A stretch of 64,000 bases of DNA, from assembly GCF_009914755.1 (NCBI RefSeq), contig NC_060926.1, one strand, 5' to 3'. The DNA comes from the human T2T-CHM13v2.0 reference genome, Homo sapiens. Made by a program: the position numbers and the translations under genes. The notes under the pieces are model-generated. The model was not told the DNA's origin, searched no databases, and saw only the letters and a program-made list of their open reading frames with translations. Shown piece by piece: positions 1-13,305 of this stretch (position 1 is the stretch's first letter; every line of letters begins with the position of its first letter).

Positions 1-318
1 GAACCTAAGCCAAAGTCTGGAAACTGTCCTTCATCATTTCCTTTATCCCACAGAACCATCAACAAGGAAAAGCTCTCCATTGTTTGAATGATCCACCCCT
101 CTCAAGCTCCTCTATCCCCAGCCCAAGCCACCAACATCTCCGGAGGAGGACACTGGTCTCCTAGACCCATCTCTCTGCCTGCACTGCCCCAGTGACTCTA
201 AAATCTGAGTCAATCCCTATGATGACTTCTCTATGCTCTTGCAAGAAAATTCAGCGCCCTCTCTCCATAGGCTCTGAGTCGGCCTGTCTGGTCTGGATTT
301 GGCTTCCTTTTCCACAGA

Positions 319-652
319 CAGGAGGCCCCCTCAACTGCAGGAAATACGTTCTAAGACCCTCAGTGGATGCCTGAAACCATGGAAAATTTGGAACCCTATA
401 TACACTATGTTTTTTTCCTGTTCATAAGTACCTATGATAAAGTTGAATTTATAAATTAGGCATAGTAAGAGATGAACAATAACAATAGTACAATAATAAA
501 AATATATTGTTTTTATATATTATACATATGGATAATATACTGTAATAAAAGTTATTGGAATGTGACGTCTCTCTCAAAACATCTTACTGTACTGCATGTA
601 CCAATTTTCAGACTGCACGTAACTTAGGCCACCAATAAGGTGGAGACTACAG
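319..652. mobile_element. MER44-like (Tigger7-derived) MITE
   Basis: Resembles the MER44A consensus as recalled (aagaccctcagtggatgcctgaaacc...tacctatgataaagtt...aaattaggcatagtaagagat...ataaggtggagactac). Confidence 0.75.
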
Positions 653-800
653 TGCCCTGTCCTCCTTGCAGTTTACAGAACGTGGTTGGTTCTTCCTAGC
701 CTCAGGCCTTCATGCCTATGTTCCCTCTAACTGGATCACTGTCATCTTCCCTTGTCTTTGTGCCTGTGAGCCCACTGGGGACCTTGTCCATCCTGTTCAC

Positions 801-848
801 CATGGCACCCCAGCCTCCAGCATGGCACCCCAGCCTCCAGCATGGCAC
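801..848. repeat. 20-bp tandem duplication (catggcaccccagcctccag x2.4)
   Basis: Exact copies at 801-820 and 821-840, partial at 841-848. Confidence 0.95.
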
Positions 849-1041
849 ATGGACACTGAAGTGCTCAATATATAATGGAGGCATTGATGAAAAAGCAAAA
901 CTTTCAATGATCTGTTGATTACCATCATGTATTAAGGTCAATTACAGTGGCCACCATCTTATAAGCAGGTATGGTCTAAAGCATTTGAGGAAGTCTTTTT
1001 TTTTTTTTTTTTTAAAAAAAAAAGAATGTACACATTTCTAG

Positions 1042-1260
1042 AGCAAAGTTTCACAACCTTGTCACTCTTGCCATGTGGGTCTGGATAATTATTCATTGTA
1101 GGGGGCTATCCTGTGTATTGCAGAATGTTTAGCAGTATTCCTGGCCTTTACTCAAGAGATGCTAATAGCACCCCACCCAGATGGACCAACCAAATGTCTG
1201 GAGACACTGACAAATGTCCCTGAAGGAGAGAGGAAGGATCACCCCTGGTTGGCAACCACT
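1042..1260. mobile_element. MER20 hAT-Charlie element
   Basis: ggggctatcctgtgtattgcagaatgtttagcagtattcctggcc...aaatgtctggagacactgacaaatgtccc...caaccact resembles MER20. Confidence 0.8.
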
Positions 1261-2989
1261 ATTACAGAGAAAGTGGTGGTGGTTAGTATTTTAATTCTGC
1301 CTTCACAATGCCTAGTTAACCCATACTTTGTCTGAATCGCACAAGTGATGATGCATTTTAATATGGTATCACCTAACCACATTTACATCATTTTAGTGGG
1401 AACATGCATTCCAAATCCCTAGTAATATTTATGAACAACCATAGAAAGGTTGAACTGTCTACCCTGAGAGACTCAGCTTAGCCTCCTGCATCAGTATTCC
1501 AGGTGACGTCTGAAGTGAAATGGTACGAAAAATAGAAAGAAAGGTATAGGAGTCAGAAGAGAGTTGGGGGATAGATGGGTCTTTCCATATCTGGTCTGAC
1601 CATTCATTTGTGTTTGGCATATAAAAACAGAATAGAAACAAGATAACACCTTAGCGTTTCAGGTCCTTCTGGAAAGCACCATCCCATATATTTCCATGGT
1701 GGGGCAAAACCCAGGAATGAAATGTGAAAGACTAGAACTCAACACTGATCTCACTCCGTTTGCCCCTCTTCAACTAATATAATATGCTGCTGAGCTTGGA
1801 ACACCTCTTCAGGAATGCGAAATGATTTCCTAGGTTTACCTGCCACATTGCAACAATATTTTCAATTATTGGCTAAACTGCAAATGCCCCACGAGTCATT
1901 TAAATAAATCTCACATGGATGAAATAGTCAATTGTGTTCTCTGAGCAATTCCCAGCTGTAAAAATACAGCCACACCGAACATATTTTTTTCTGCAGCTAA
2001 TTGAAAATACTGCACATATAATGCATGATTTAAAGCACCCAGGAGGAATTTCAATTTGCATTCCCTATTTTAAATGTACAATCAAATGCTGTCTTAAAGT
2101 GCTCCACACATTTAATTCAATATTGCTTGCCTGAAGCCCCACTCCTAAATTTTAGCACTATGAATGGATGGTCAAAGGTTTTTAATGCTCCAAGTGACTT
2201 TTTAAAACAATGGCTTTAACAGGGTTGCTTTTCCTGAGAAAACAAACGCTCCTAGACATGACTGGTTCAAACCTCTACGGCCCAGAGAAAATTTCCAAAA
2301 TAACAGCAAGATGCCTGCCAGGAAAAAGAGACCATGGATAAGGACATCCTTCGTTCAGGAGTCAAACCTGATGTGGTCTCATAAGTGCTCATAGCTGTTG
2401 CCCTGGCGTTAGAAATGCCCTTGACATTCTTGGCAGTTGATCAAGATGGTTCATCAAAGGGTGGGTGAAGGCAGCATCTGTGGAGGTGAAGAAAGAAAGG
2501 GTGCCCGGAAGCTTGGGATCTGGGAAAAAGGGGTGCCACAAGATGTATGATCATCTTCCATTTCTAACGGAGCTTGAGAGGTTGCACAAACAGTTCATGT
2601 GCTCTCCTAGTCAACAAAACAGTGATTCAGGGCCTACATCAAGAGGGAAGCACAAGAGTAGAAGCTACAAAGATGAAGGGAAGACAGAGCCTGACCTTAA
2701 GAGCCTGCAGACTAACAGATGACAGAAGTCTTTAAGGACTAAGAAAAGAGGTAGAATGTGACACACTGAGTTTCAGTCAAATGAGGAAGGTGGCTATTTG
2801 CCTTTACTTAACATGAAATAACACTATCAGTTGATGTGTTTCCCACCACAGGGTAAATTAGTAAGAGGAGGTGAAAATCAGAAGAGCAGCCACATCTCTC
2901 CCTACTGGGAAGGATAAGACAGTGACCCACAGTGGTAGCAACCAACAAACCATAACCAAAGAATTAAAAGTATCCGAATTTAAAGTTAA

Positions 2990-3588
<599 letters not shown>

Positions 3589-3983
3589 TTTAAAGTTAAA
3601 TGACATAATGAACACCAGATATGTATTTATTGAACAAATGAAAGTACTAGTCATAACTTAGTGTTCTTCCTTAGATAACCCTTAACTTTTATTTCACGAA
3701 TTAAGAAACAGATAGGAAATAATGAAAGGACTCAGAAATTATCTATTTCAATCACCTGTCACCAGGGGCTATTCTCTTACATTATCTGACATTACAAAAT
3801 TAGTCCTTTAGACACTCCCAATCTCTGGAAATGAAGGGACCTAGTATGTGAAACTTGGCTGAACCACTAAACCTCTTGTGCTAACTGACTAGGAAATTCC
3901 CTACAAGCAACACAGAACTAAAACAAATGGTTTTAGTTCTATGACATGGACCATTAACTTGCTTTCACATGGTACTTAACAAT

Positions 3984-4361
3984 TGATATGGCTTGGCTGT
4001 GTCCACACCCAAAATCTCTTCTTGAATTATAATCTCCATAATCCCCCTGTGCCAAGGGCAGGACCAGGTGGGAGGTGATTGGATCATGGGGGCAGTTTCC
4101 CCCATGCTATTCTCATGATAATGAGTGAATCTCATGAGATTTGATGGTTTTATAAGTGTCTGGCATTTCCCTTGCTTGCACTCACTCTGTCCTGTCACCC
4201 TGTGAAGAAGGTGCCTGCTTTTCCTTTGCCTTCCACCATGATTGTAAGTTTCCTGAGGCCTCCCCAGCCCTGAGGAACTGTGAGTCAATTAAACCTCTTT
4301 CCTTAATAAATTACCCAGTCTGGGATATTTCCTTATAGCAAGGTGAGAACAGACTAATACA
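3984..4361 (+). mobile_element. THE1-family (THE1C/D-like) MaLR solo LTR
   Basis: tgatatggcttggctgtgtcc...gagaacagactaataca termini; near-TSD acaat/ccaat. Confidence 0.85.
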
Positions 4362-7169
4362 CCAATCAAGCCTCCTATAACAAGTGGGCTTCCCATGAAG
4401 ATTTTGTTAAGGTGGGGAAAGTCCTTATTGGTCAGAGGACCCTCTTGTTATTTATCCGTCTCTTGTGAGTCTGGTAATTGTTAGTCAGTCTCTCTGACCT
4501 GCAATGACCCTGGGTATCCTGACAAACTCCCAAGTTTGTCTTCTCTGCTTCATGCTGGGGATCTCCCTCAGTGATGCCATCTAAGCAGCCAGTGTCTCTG
4601 ACACCATACAAATAAAATGCAGCACCATTTGGTGATCCAGCCTATGTTTATTCTTCTCCCTTTGGCAACAGACACTATTTACTTACTATCTTTCCCAGAG
4701 CAATAGAGGGAAGGCAGGAAAGTACTGAGCTTGTATTCTACAACCTGAGAAGGAAGTAAGGGAAAGGAAGAGCTCAGTGCAGCTAAATCAGCTTCCTAAC
4801 ACATTTAAGTCTACAGGTAGGTTCATTTAAGCAGTTCAGAAACTTTTAAAAAGGTTCAGAAGAAATAAAACAGAGAACATCTTTCCTACCCTCCCTCCAA
4901 ATATATCAAAGGTGTCATATTAAAATACATGGATTCCAGTAGTACACATGGACTAAACATTTCCCATCTTTTATTAGGTGACTAAAGGGCTGCTTTGAGA
5001 TATGTTTTGGCACCCACAAAAGTAATCCTGTGACACTGGGTAGACATTCTTTTCTTTTTCAGTTCTCCATTCTGGCTCTTGTAATCAAGGTGGGTTTCTT
5101 GCACCAAGCCTCTCTACCCAGGCCTGTTGTAAGAAACCCATGCAGCTTTGGTCCATCCATATCCTTCAGTGTAACTTTTTGGCATGAATTACACATAAAA
5201 CAGTGACCCAGAAAGAGTTTGAACTGGGTACAAGAGGTGGGTGGTCCCTGGTTCCCACATTTTGACTTCTGGGGAAAAATGATATGAGCCATTTTCCAAA
5301 ATATAGTAAGTAAATAAAAATATATGTATCTGTAGGCACAAGGTATAGAAATACTTCTAAAGTAGGAAAAGGGAATGAGGGATGGGGAAGATATGAGAAG
5401 ACAACTTCCACTTTAAGAAAGGTTCCTGTGCTTTTATCTCCAACTCTTTGCGCCTTTTGCTTTCTTCCTTCAGTACAAAGAGTTTGCAAAGAAAATCTCA
5501 AAAAAATTTTGTAAAAAGGTGATCACTGCCCACCTCTTCCTGCCAAGCAAGCACCTATCAAACGAAAAAAGTTCTTCAAAGCTCAGAAACCATGTTAAGT
5601 GATGGGAAACATGGTTCCGAACCTGGATTTAGTCACCCAGCTACTGAGCTTCGTCCTGTAACCTGACTCCATTTCCTTTGCTACAGTTGATGCTAATGCC
5701 TTGTGAAGGGATTTAAGGGCCAGGGGACGTTTGCTATTTCCCAGAAGAAACCTATGCCCATTTAACACTACTGTGGAACAGGCCTGTTGTCTAGTCCTGG
5801 GCCTGCCTGCAATGGGTAAGTCACATACCTGATCTGCAACTCAGTTTCCTCATCTATAAGATCAGTGATAAGCCTCCTTCCCCACCAATGAACTTCAGAG
5901 AACTGCTATGAGGATTACGCAAAGATGCTGAAGAACAAGTCAATAACTCTTAGGTTCCACAGAACTTTTCTTCACAAGACCCGCCTGCTGCCCTGCTGCC
6001 AACATCCAAAGCTAAGATAGGAGAACAGGGACTTCTAGAATTAAAAGTCAATGACAATGGAAGTTCTCCTTCTCAGCTTTATCTAACCTCTGGTATAAGA
6101 AACTGCACCAACGAATCTTTAGGGATGAAGGGGGCTGAGCTTCTTTTTGTCATGAAGTTGCATTTTATAGGGGAGAACATCTCCCCAGTTACTCACAGCC
6201 AATTATGGAGACAATGATCCCCAAGAATGGGGCTGGTGAGTAGCTGCACAGAAGATGGGGGAAGAAACTTTCATAAAGCCCCTACTATGTGCACAGCTCT
6301 GTGAACACATCATTTCACAGACTCTTACACACAGAGATGCAGAGAGGTTGGGGAACCTGCCCACATCACACAGAAAAAAAAGAGAGCACACGGGGGTACC
6401 CACCACAAGACTGGCACGGCCAAGGGCTTCTCCCAGGGACAGGTCACCTGCCCGCCCCTTGCCCAGTCCCCTGGGTCTCTTTTCATTCCCTCAGAGTGCA
6501 GGATTGGCACTAACCCCATTACCCAGCTTTCACCTCTCTTTTTCCTCCCAGATGTATAAGTGTGTTTCCAGCACATCTGACCAACTTCTCCCACATTGCA
6601 AGAGTGAGGCTCCCCTCCTCCAGCGTTAATTCTTTATTTCTTTGATTAACTTCTAATTCCCATGCATGCTTGGATATAGGGCATCCCCCAGATAAGACAG
6701 CCCTCTTCTTTTCCCAATGAGAAAATCCCTACCCCCTACAAATTTTGGTCAATCTGCCCAAATAAACTTTATGACTCACATGAAATCACATACCCTATGA
6801 GTTAGAAATAGTACTTTTCATTCCATGTCCACCTTCCATGAAGCAATTTAGCTCACAGTCTTCCCAGGTAGTGTCCACATGCCTGTCCTCAATTTGTGAG
6901 TTGTCTAACCATTCTTCTAAGCACAGCACCTCCTTACCTTCCAAGTTGCCTATCACACAGCACTTTTCAAAACGATGTGCAACACTGCCACTGAAACACC
7001 TACCCTAGGCCATCAGAAGCCCTTCAGAGTGACCAAGAAAGTTGCCCTCAGAGGCAAAAATATATTGACGATCCACACAGCATATTAGTGATCGTGTTAC
7101 TTTTAAAGTGACCTTCAATGGTCTTAATAAAATTTCAAATGACAGAGGGCAGCTAGCTCTTCAGGAAAC

Positions 7170-7562
7170 CCATTTCCTCTTCTTGCCAACCGCAGAGCTG
7201 GGCTACATTTCCTAGCCTTCAAGGTAGGTGGGCGTGACCATAAGGCTGAACTGTTCTTAATGAAATAGGAGAAGTGACACATTCCACTCCCAGGCCTAGC
7301 CTATCAAAATCTCCCATATGCAGTCCTCCATGATCTTTCTGCTTCCGCCAGTTCAATGCTGACAAGTACGTGACCTTAGCAGCTGCCTGTTAAATAAAGT
7401 GGAACCACAGACAGGAAGAGGCTGGGTCGCCAAATCACCAGGTTTCACATAAACACGCCCACTTCAGGCTTTATACAAGTGGAAAATAATCTTCCATCAT
7501 GTTTGAGTCACGGTACATATTTGGGTTTATTTGTTACAACAACTAGCACTACCTTAACTAAT
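7170..7562 (+). mobile_element. Old MLT1-family (H/I/J-like) LTR
   Basis: tacatttcctagcc...ccactcccaggcctagcc...tttatttgttacaacaactagcactaccttaactaat, a typical MLT1 3' end. Confidence 0.6.
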
Positions 7563-9544
7563 TCAACGTTCAATATCTGGCAACTCTGAAGTTATAACCT
7601 CAAGAACAAGTACTAAATCTGTATTCAATTTCTTTGCCTCTCTTTTTTAAAATTTAACCCCTTTTCATGAAGCAACCTCGATAAGCATTCATAATATGCA
7701 TTGACTGAGAGAATTTCAGGCGAATTTGCCTTCCCCATCTGTTCTCAGCCAGTCACTCATGGATCTCATCTATCTAGTTTTTTTGCGAACTCTTAATGAT
7801 TTTGTAAGGACCCTACTAGACGGCAACTCCCTTTCTGAAGAACAATTTTGAGGAAATTTTTTGCTTCAGACACAGTTTCCAAGCCGGGACACTCTTTTCC
7901 ATAGAGAAACTTCTGTATTTCAGTGCCTTTTCGTGACATACTCAGAAATTGCTCAGGTACCATTTTCAGCTTATGTGCCTGGCCCAGAAGGGATCAGGCC
8001 TTAACACAGGCTTGTGTATTCCCGTGTCTTGCTGTCATAGATATTTAATGCTTCACACCTTTCCAAAGTTGTCCATGAAAACTTTTGTCTTCCTTTCTAG
8101 GGAATTAATCTCTCCTCTGTGAAGGAGTTACCTGTTTTTCTTCAGCCATAAAGAGCACGTCAGAGACTAAATAGCCAACTCTTAGCTGGTACAAATCAAT
8201 AAATACCAATTCTACAAAGTTTCGGGCAAAAAGGATTTAGTGGAGAGTCAAGTAAAAGAAAAAATGAGGACGGTTGTGCCCAGGAGGGCTACCTAGACAC
8301 TGGTGTTTACCAGCTATGTGCCAACATTTCCCTCTGCAGAGAGATTTACCTCTGGCACAAAGTAGTAACTGACACTTAAGTCACTTCTCTGCATGAAGGG
8401 CTTGGCATTAGCACTACTGAGCCCCCCTGCTGGCTGTCTGAAAGCTGGGCGTTACTCCCCTAATCTCGCATAGGAGGACACCTGTCACTCACCCAGATTC
8501 CTCAGCTACAGAACCATCTTGGGCTATCAGCCTCTCACGTGGTGAGGCAATGCACAGAAAGCACTTTCCTGGCCCATGGCTCGCATGGGCATCAGGGACT
8601 GCTGCAGTCTTCAGGGTCACAGACTGCTCTCCTGGTGTCCTGTCCTAACTGAGAGGGAGGGGAGGGGACTTCCACGCAGCCTTCCCCAACAGTTCAGTCC
8701 ACACTGACCACTGCCAGCTTGACCTCCCAAACATGTCACTGGTATCAACTCATTTTGGCAACTGATTATTGATCCAGTACAGGACTTAGGGACAAGGTGG
8801 GAGTGGTAGAAGTGGTTGGGTCTGGTGGAGGAATATTTTATCACCATGATAATAAAAAAAACTGAGGTAATTTCATTTTTGCTTTCAGATCCTCTACAGA
8901 CAATGCTCCCTGATTGCCTCCCCCTCCCCCATACCATATGCCACTGTTCTAGACTATCTCAAATTGTTATTAAATATCATGGATGTGCCCTTTCTACCTA
9001 AATAAACCCCTCAAAGATTGGCCTGTTTTGCAGATACTTCTGTGCCCCTCTAAGCACCTCTTACAGAGTAAGTGCTCAAAAACTAGCTCTTCAGCTGCAC
9101 GTCACCCAAATACAACAGGCTGCCACCTTCAACTTCCTTCTTGTCCTGTGTGGGGTGTATACATTAAGAACAAGTCTTGTGGACTCTCTTTTACCCTCTA
9201 GAATGAATCTTCCTCGAGAACACAGGAGTGAATACAGAGACGACACAATAGAGAAAAAGAGCATGAATCAGCCATGGGACTCTAGGATCGGGTTGTAAGA
9301 GCCACCAAGTTATGTGGGCCGCTAAGGGCTAACCAAGGGTGAGTGGCAGGTGATGGCAGTTCTGTCATCAAACTGTACCCAGACTTGGCATCTGGAGAGG
9401 TAACAGGTGACAGGAGTCAAAGACGTGAATTCTCAACCTGCCACAGCCCTGCCTTTGCCAAGCAACTTGAGTCACTGTATTTCCTATTTCCCATTTCCCT
9501 GCATGTTAACTGGGGACACTGTGATCTTTCTCTGCAAGGAGGGT

Positions 9545-9975
9545 AATATCCTCATCATTCTCTATTCTCTAGCTATGGAAATAAAGCACAGAGAGGGAAG
9601 TATTTTGCCTAAAGCCACACACTACTAAGTGTGGACCTGGGGTTTGAAACCAAGTTTGTTTGACCTCTAAACTCATCCTCTGCCCAGCAATGCTCTGACC
9701 TTCAATCTGTGAGGCCGTGCATCACTGCTCAGCCACATGGCTTAGCCTCAATCATTCCTGAAGATAGCGTTTCAGGATCCAAAGTGTCCACCACAGAGAG
9801 ACACAGACCCGGAGTCTATATCCCATCAGTGGGAATCGGAGCCGGGTGTTCTACACACCTGAATCTCATTTTTCTCACCTATAAACCAGGAATGATTTCT
9901 ACCTTACAAGGGTTGTTAGGATTCAACAGGATCGTGTATAAAAGATGCCTAATAGTACTTGACACACTGATGATG
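9545..9975. mobile_element. Two MIR fragments in opposite orientation
   Basis: MIR core-like text (ggaaataaagcacagagaggg...ggggtttgaaaccaagtttgtttgacc; gaatctcatttttctcacctataaa...gggttgttaggatt). Confidence 0.55.
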
Positions 9976-10935
9976 CATAATTTTCCACTTCCCTCTCCCC
10001 TTGGAAGTACTTTTTGGGCTCCTCTGTGCCAGCTATGGTGGGAGGAGCCCAAAAGAATAAGATACTCCACTTGCAGGTTCCTAACAGGGCAGAGAAAACA
10101 CACGCAGAACCAGAACACAAGGTAGAGAGCAGTACACAAGCACAATTTTGCCACTGTACATGTAAAAAATGTACTTGCCCCACTCGTAGAAATTTTAGGC
10201 TAAGAAGTGACATATGCATTGGAAAAACTATGTCTTCATACTTTCCACTATGCTAAATTAATTCAAATTAGTATGATCAGAACTTTGATATTCATGATTT
10301 ACCACCTTGCTGCACAAGAACAGATTTATTATGAATACTGTGGCATCCTTAGCCAATCCTCCAAATTGTTATTTTAACTAACATGTCATTAAGAAATTAG
10401 CACAGGTTTGGCATAAGATAATAGGATTCTTTTAGTATACACATTTCAAACAGAAAAATCCACACCTTTAGAAAGAAAGCTCTCCCTTACAATTAAGTCA
10501 TCACACAGATTCTCCCTGGCATCCCCTAATCTCACTGTTAGAGCAACAACTCAGGTGTGGGCATATACTCAGACTGCTGTATGAAGTCCAAAGTGGATAA
10601 CTGCCAGTAAAATCCTTAAAAAAATCCTATCAATGGTAGCAGAAAACACATTTCCTATCTGGGAATGCTTGCTAAGGTTAACCCAACATTCTTAGAACTC
10701 TTTTGCATATTGACGGAATCAAATCATAATTAAATGACCATCACCATGTGCTTTAACAATATTCACCATATGTTTAAAATAGTTATTTCTTGGTATCTGG
10801 ACATCACTGGACACAGTAGAATGATTTTTTCACAGTCAGAAAAACAAGAATGAAAAGAGAAGCCTCTGGATGCTACCCTTGCAGAGACCTAAATATTAAA
10901 CCAAATAGATTATTTTTCCTACTGTATAGACATTT

Positions 10936-11238
10936 TTTGTTTTGTTTTATTTTGAGACAGAGCCTCCCTCTGTTACCCAGGCTGGAGTGCAGTGGCACAA
11001 TTCTGCTTACTGCAACTTCCGCCTCCGGGGTTCAAGTGATTCTCATGCCTCAGCCTCCCAAGTAGCTGGGATTACGGGCGTGCGTCACCATGCCCAGCTA
11101 ATTTTTTGCATTTTTAGTAGAGACAGGGTTTCACTATGTTCAGGCTGTTTTTGAATTCCGAGCCTCAAGTGATCTGCCCACCTCAGCCTCCCAAACTGCT
11201 GGGATTACAGGCGTGAGCCAGCATAGACATGTCTGGCC
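10936..11238 (-). mobile_element. AluS-type element
   Basis: Full Alu reverse complement; 14-bp TSD ctgtatagacattt (10922-10935) / ctgcatagacattt (11239-11252). Confidence 0.92.
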
Positions 11239-11699
11239 CTGCATAGACATTTATTCGTTATTCACAACTAACCTAATGGAAAAAAGCAGCCAGCATGACA
11301 GGGCTACCTGCAACGTGTTCCCTGGAAGACCTCTTGGTAACACTGCTGTTTACATCTCACAAATGCAAGGGTGGAGTCAGAAGGAGGTTATTTCATGCAA
11401 CAGCCTTCCTTTGCTTCATGGCCAACGCACAAGAGCCTGAAGCCTGCGGGCAGGACAGATGACCAGGTGATCATTGGGGAGTACTGCCCACTGAGAGTGC
11501 AGCAGGAAAGGTGTCTGGAAACAAAGCATGCAAAGACACAGAGCAAGTCACTCATTCATCAGGCCAAAGACACGAGGAAGACATGAGTCTCAGAGAAGTG
11601 CTCACCTGTACTTCTGTGACAAATATTACCCAATGCCACAACCACAGCCACCTCGTGTCCCGAAAGTCAGCTCCATTCCTGCCACTGTGCTTAGCGCCT

Positions 11700-11895
11700 A
11701 AGATATACTCTTCGCTTCATCCTCACAACACTTCAGGGGTGGCCCTTAAGCCTAAACACCTTTAGGCCCAACTCACGGATGGGCTTGGAGATGTTTAGAA
11801 ATTTGGCTTTGGCTCATACTCTCCAATATGTAGCCTCTAGATTCAAACCAAAGCCCGCTGGCCTCCAAATCCTCCACACTCTTAATTACTATACA
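11700..11895 (-). mobile_element. MIR fragment
   Basis: catcctcacaacact...gattcaaaccaaagcccgctggcctccaaatcctccacactcttaattactata. Confidence 0.55.
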
Positions 11896-12699
11896 GTGGA
11901 GGAAAAGGAGGAAACACATATTTTAAAATGACAAATTTTGAAATAAAGGTAACTATAAACCTTTGAAAAAGAAGTTAAATCGCAAACAGAGTTCAATTAG
12001 GCATGTTTGAAAAGTCATGGCACACTTGTTCTGTGATTCTGCTGAGTTTTATCCAGCTCAGCTTAAGTTATTCGCTTGGACTCTTGTGTAAATCTCTCTA
12101 CCTTCTCAATCCAAAGGTCAGTACTAATTTTAGATTTCAGTCCCAGAAAAAAACAAGTGTCTGAGGAAGGAACTAGGGGGCCAAAGGCATAAAACCATGA
12201 TTCAAACGTACCACACAGATACTGGCCTCTTTCTGTATCATGTGTTTTGGTTGTGATACTAGGGCTATCACGCAGCACGGCGAGGAGGTAGTCTTGAAAG
12301 GAGGAGTGTGCTTTGACACAAATTTCTTCTCAAGAAGGTATAAACATTGATGGGATGTAAATCTTTGAATATCCATGGTATCAGCTCACGGTTCACACAT
12401 CTACAGACCCGGGTCCAGGCTCTGGCACTGACACATAAAGGCTGTGCGACCCTACATATTCACAGGGTGTGCCACTTTGGCATACAGGCTGTGTGACCCC
12501 CACATACTGCGTGACCGTGGACCCTTTATCTCTGCCACACCCTTCCTTCCCAACTACATGAGTGGGAATGATATCAGCATCTAGCTGAGAGGCAGGCACG
12601 AGGCTCTAGGAGACCACATAGAGATTCCGTTGGGGGGAAAACAGAAAGAAAGGCAGCTGGGGAACGCCAGGCAGCACGGTCCTCTCCACTCCCTTTCCT

Positions 12700-13305
12700 C
12701 CTAACCAAGGATTGACCATGTGATTTGGGATTCAGCCAATCATAGAACCTCCCTCCTCCGCCCACAGCCATTGGTACACGGAAGGGCATGTGACCACGTG
12801 ACCTAGCATCAGCCAATCACAGGACCTCACTCCTCTGCCCACAGCCATTGGTATCGGGACGAGCATGTGACCATGTGACTTAGCATCAGCCAATCATAGG
12901 ACCTCACTCCTCTGCCCACAGCCATTGGTACAGCGAACAGCATGTGACTGAAACTAAGCCAATCAGAATTCCTCCCTAGGATTTCCACCCCCCACCCCCC
13001 CCGCCGGCTGGAACTGGCTGAAAAGCCCCTCTTTCCTCCTCACTGAGGAGGCTGTAGGGAGGTAAGCCTGGAGCTACCTACAGTCATGGTCCCGGAGAGG
13101 ACAACCACAATCAGCAGACAGAAGCAGAGATGAGAGGCAAGGAGAAAGAGAAGAAAGCCTCCAAGTCCTCAGTCTTTGGTTCCAGTCATCTTCAGGGCCA
13201 GAGTCACCTCTCCCATGCTTGAGTGGGCAGTGTCAGCCAACAGCTCTCCGCCTTGTTTCCGAGTTATTTTGATTTGGGTTTGTTCTCTTGTAAGCAAAAG
13301 ATAAT
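12700..13305 (+). mobile_element. Old MLT1J/K-like LTR with internal tandem triplication
   Basis: gcatgtgactgaaactaagccaatcagaatt motif and 3' end ...tttgatttgggtttgttctcttgtaagcaaaaga typical of MLT1J/K LTRs. Confidence 0.6.
12713..12965. repeat. ~77-bp unit x3 tandem repeat rich in CCAAT boxes and CAYGTGAC E-boxes
   Basis: Units start at 12713, 12791 and 12868, with a partial fourth at 12945; shared core tcagccaatcatagg-acctcactcctctgcccacagccattggta...gcatgtgac. Confidence 0.92.

Noticed and set aside
996-1023. T18-A10 self-complementary run
   Set aside because: Abutting mononucleotide runs are common; a 10-bp A:T stem is weak and has no supporting context.
12434-12508. Imperfect 47-bp-period repeat (cata.aggctgtg.gaccc..catat/ct)
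   Set aside because: Only two diverged partial copies, no clear motif content.
12713-12965. Repeat array as a CRISPR-like locus
   Set aside because: Contiguous tandem units without unique spacers, in mammalian DNA with no cas genes.
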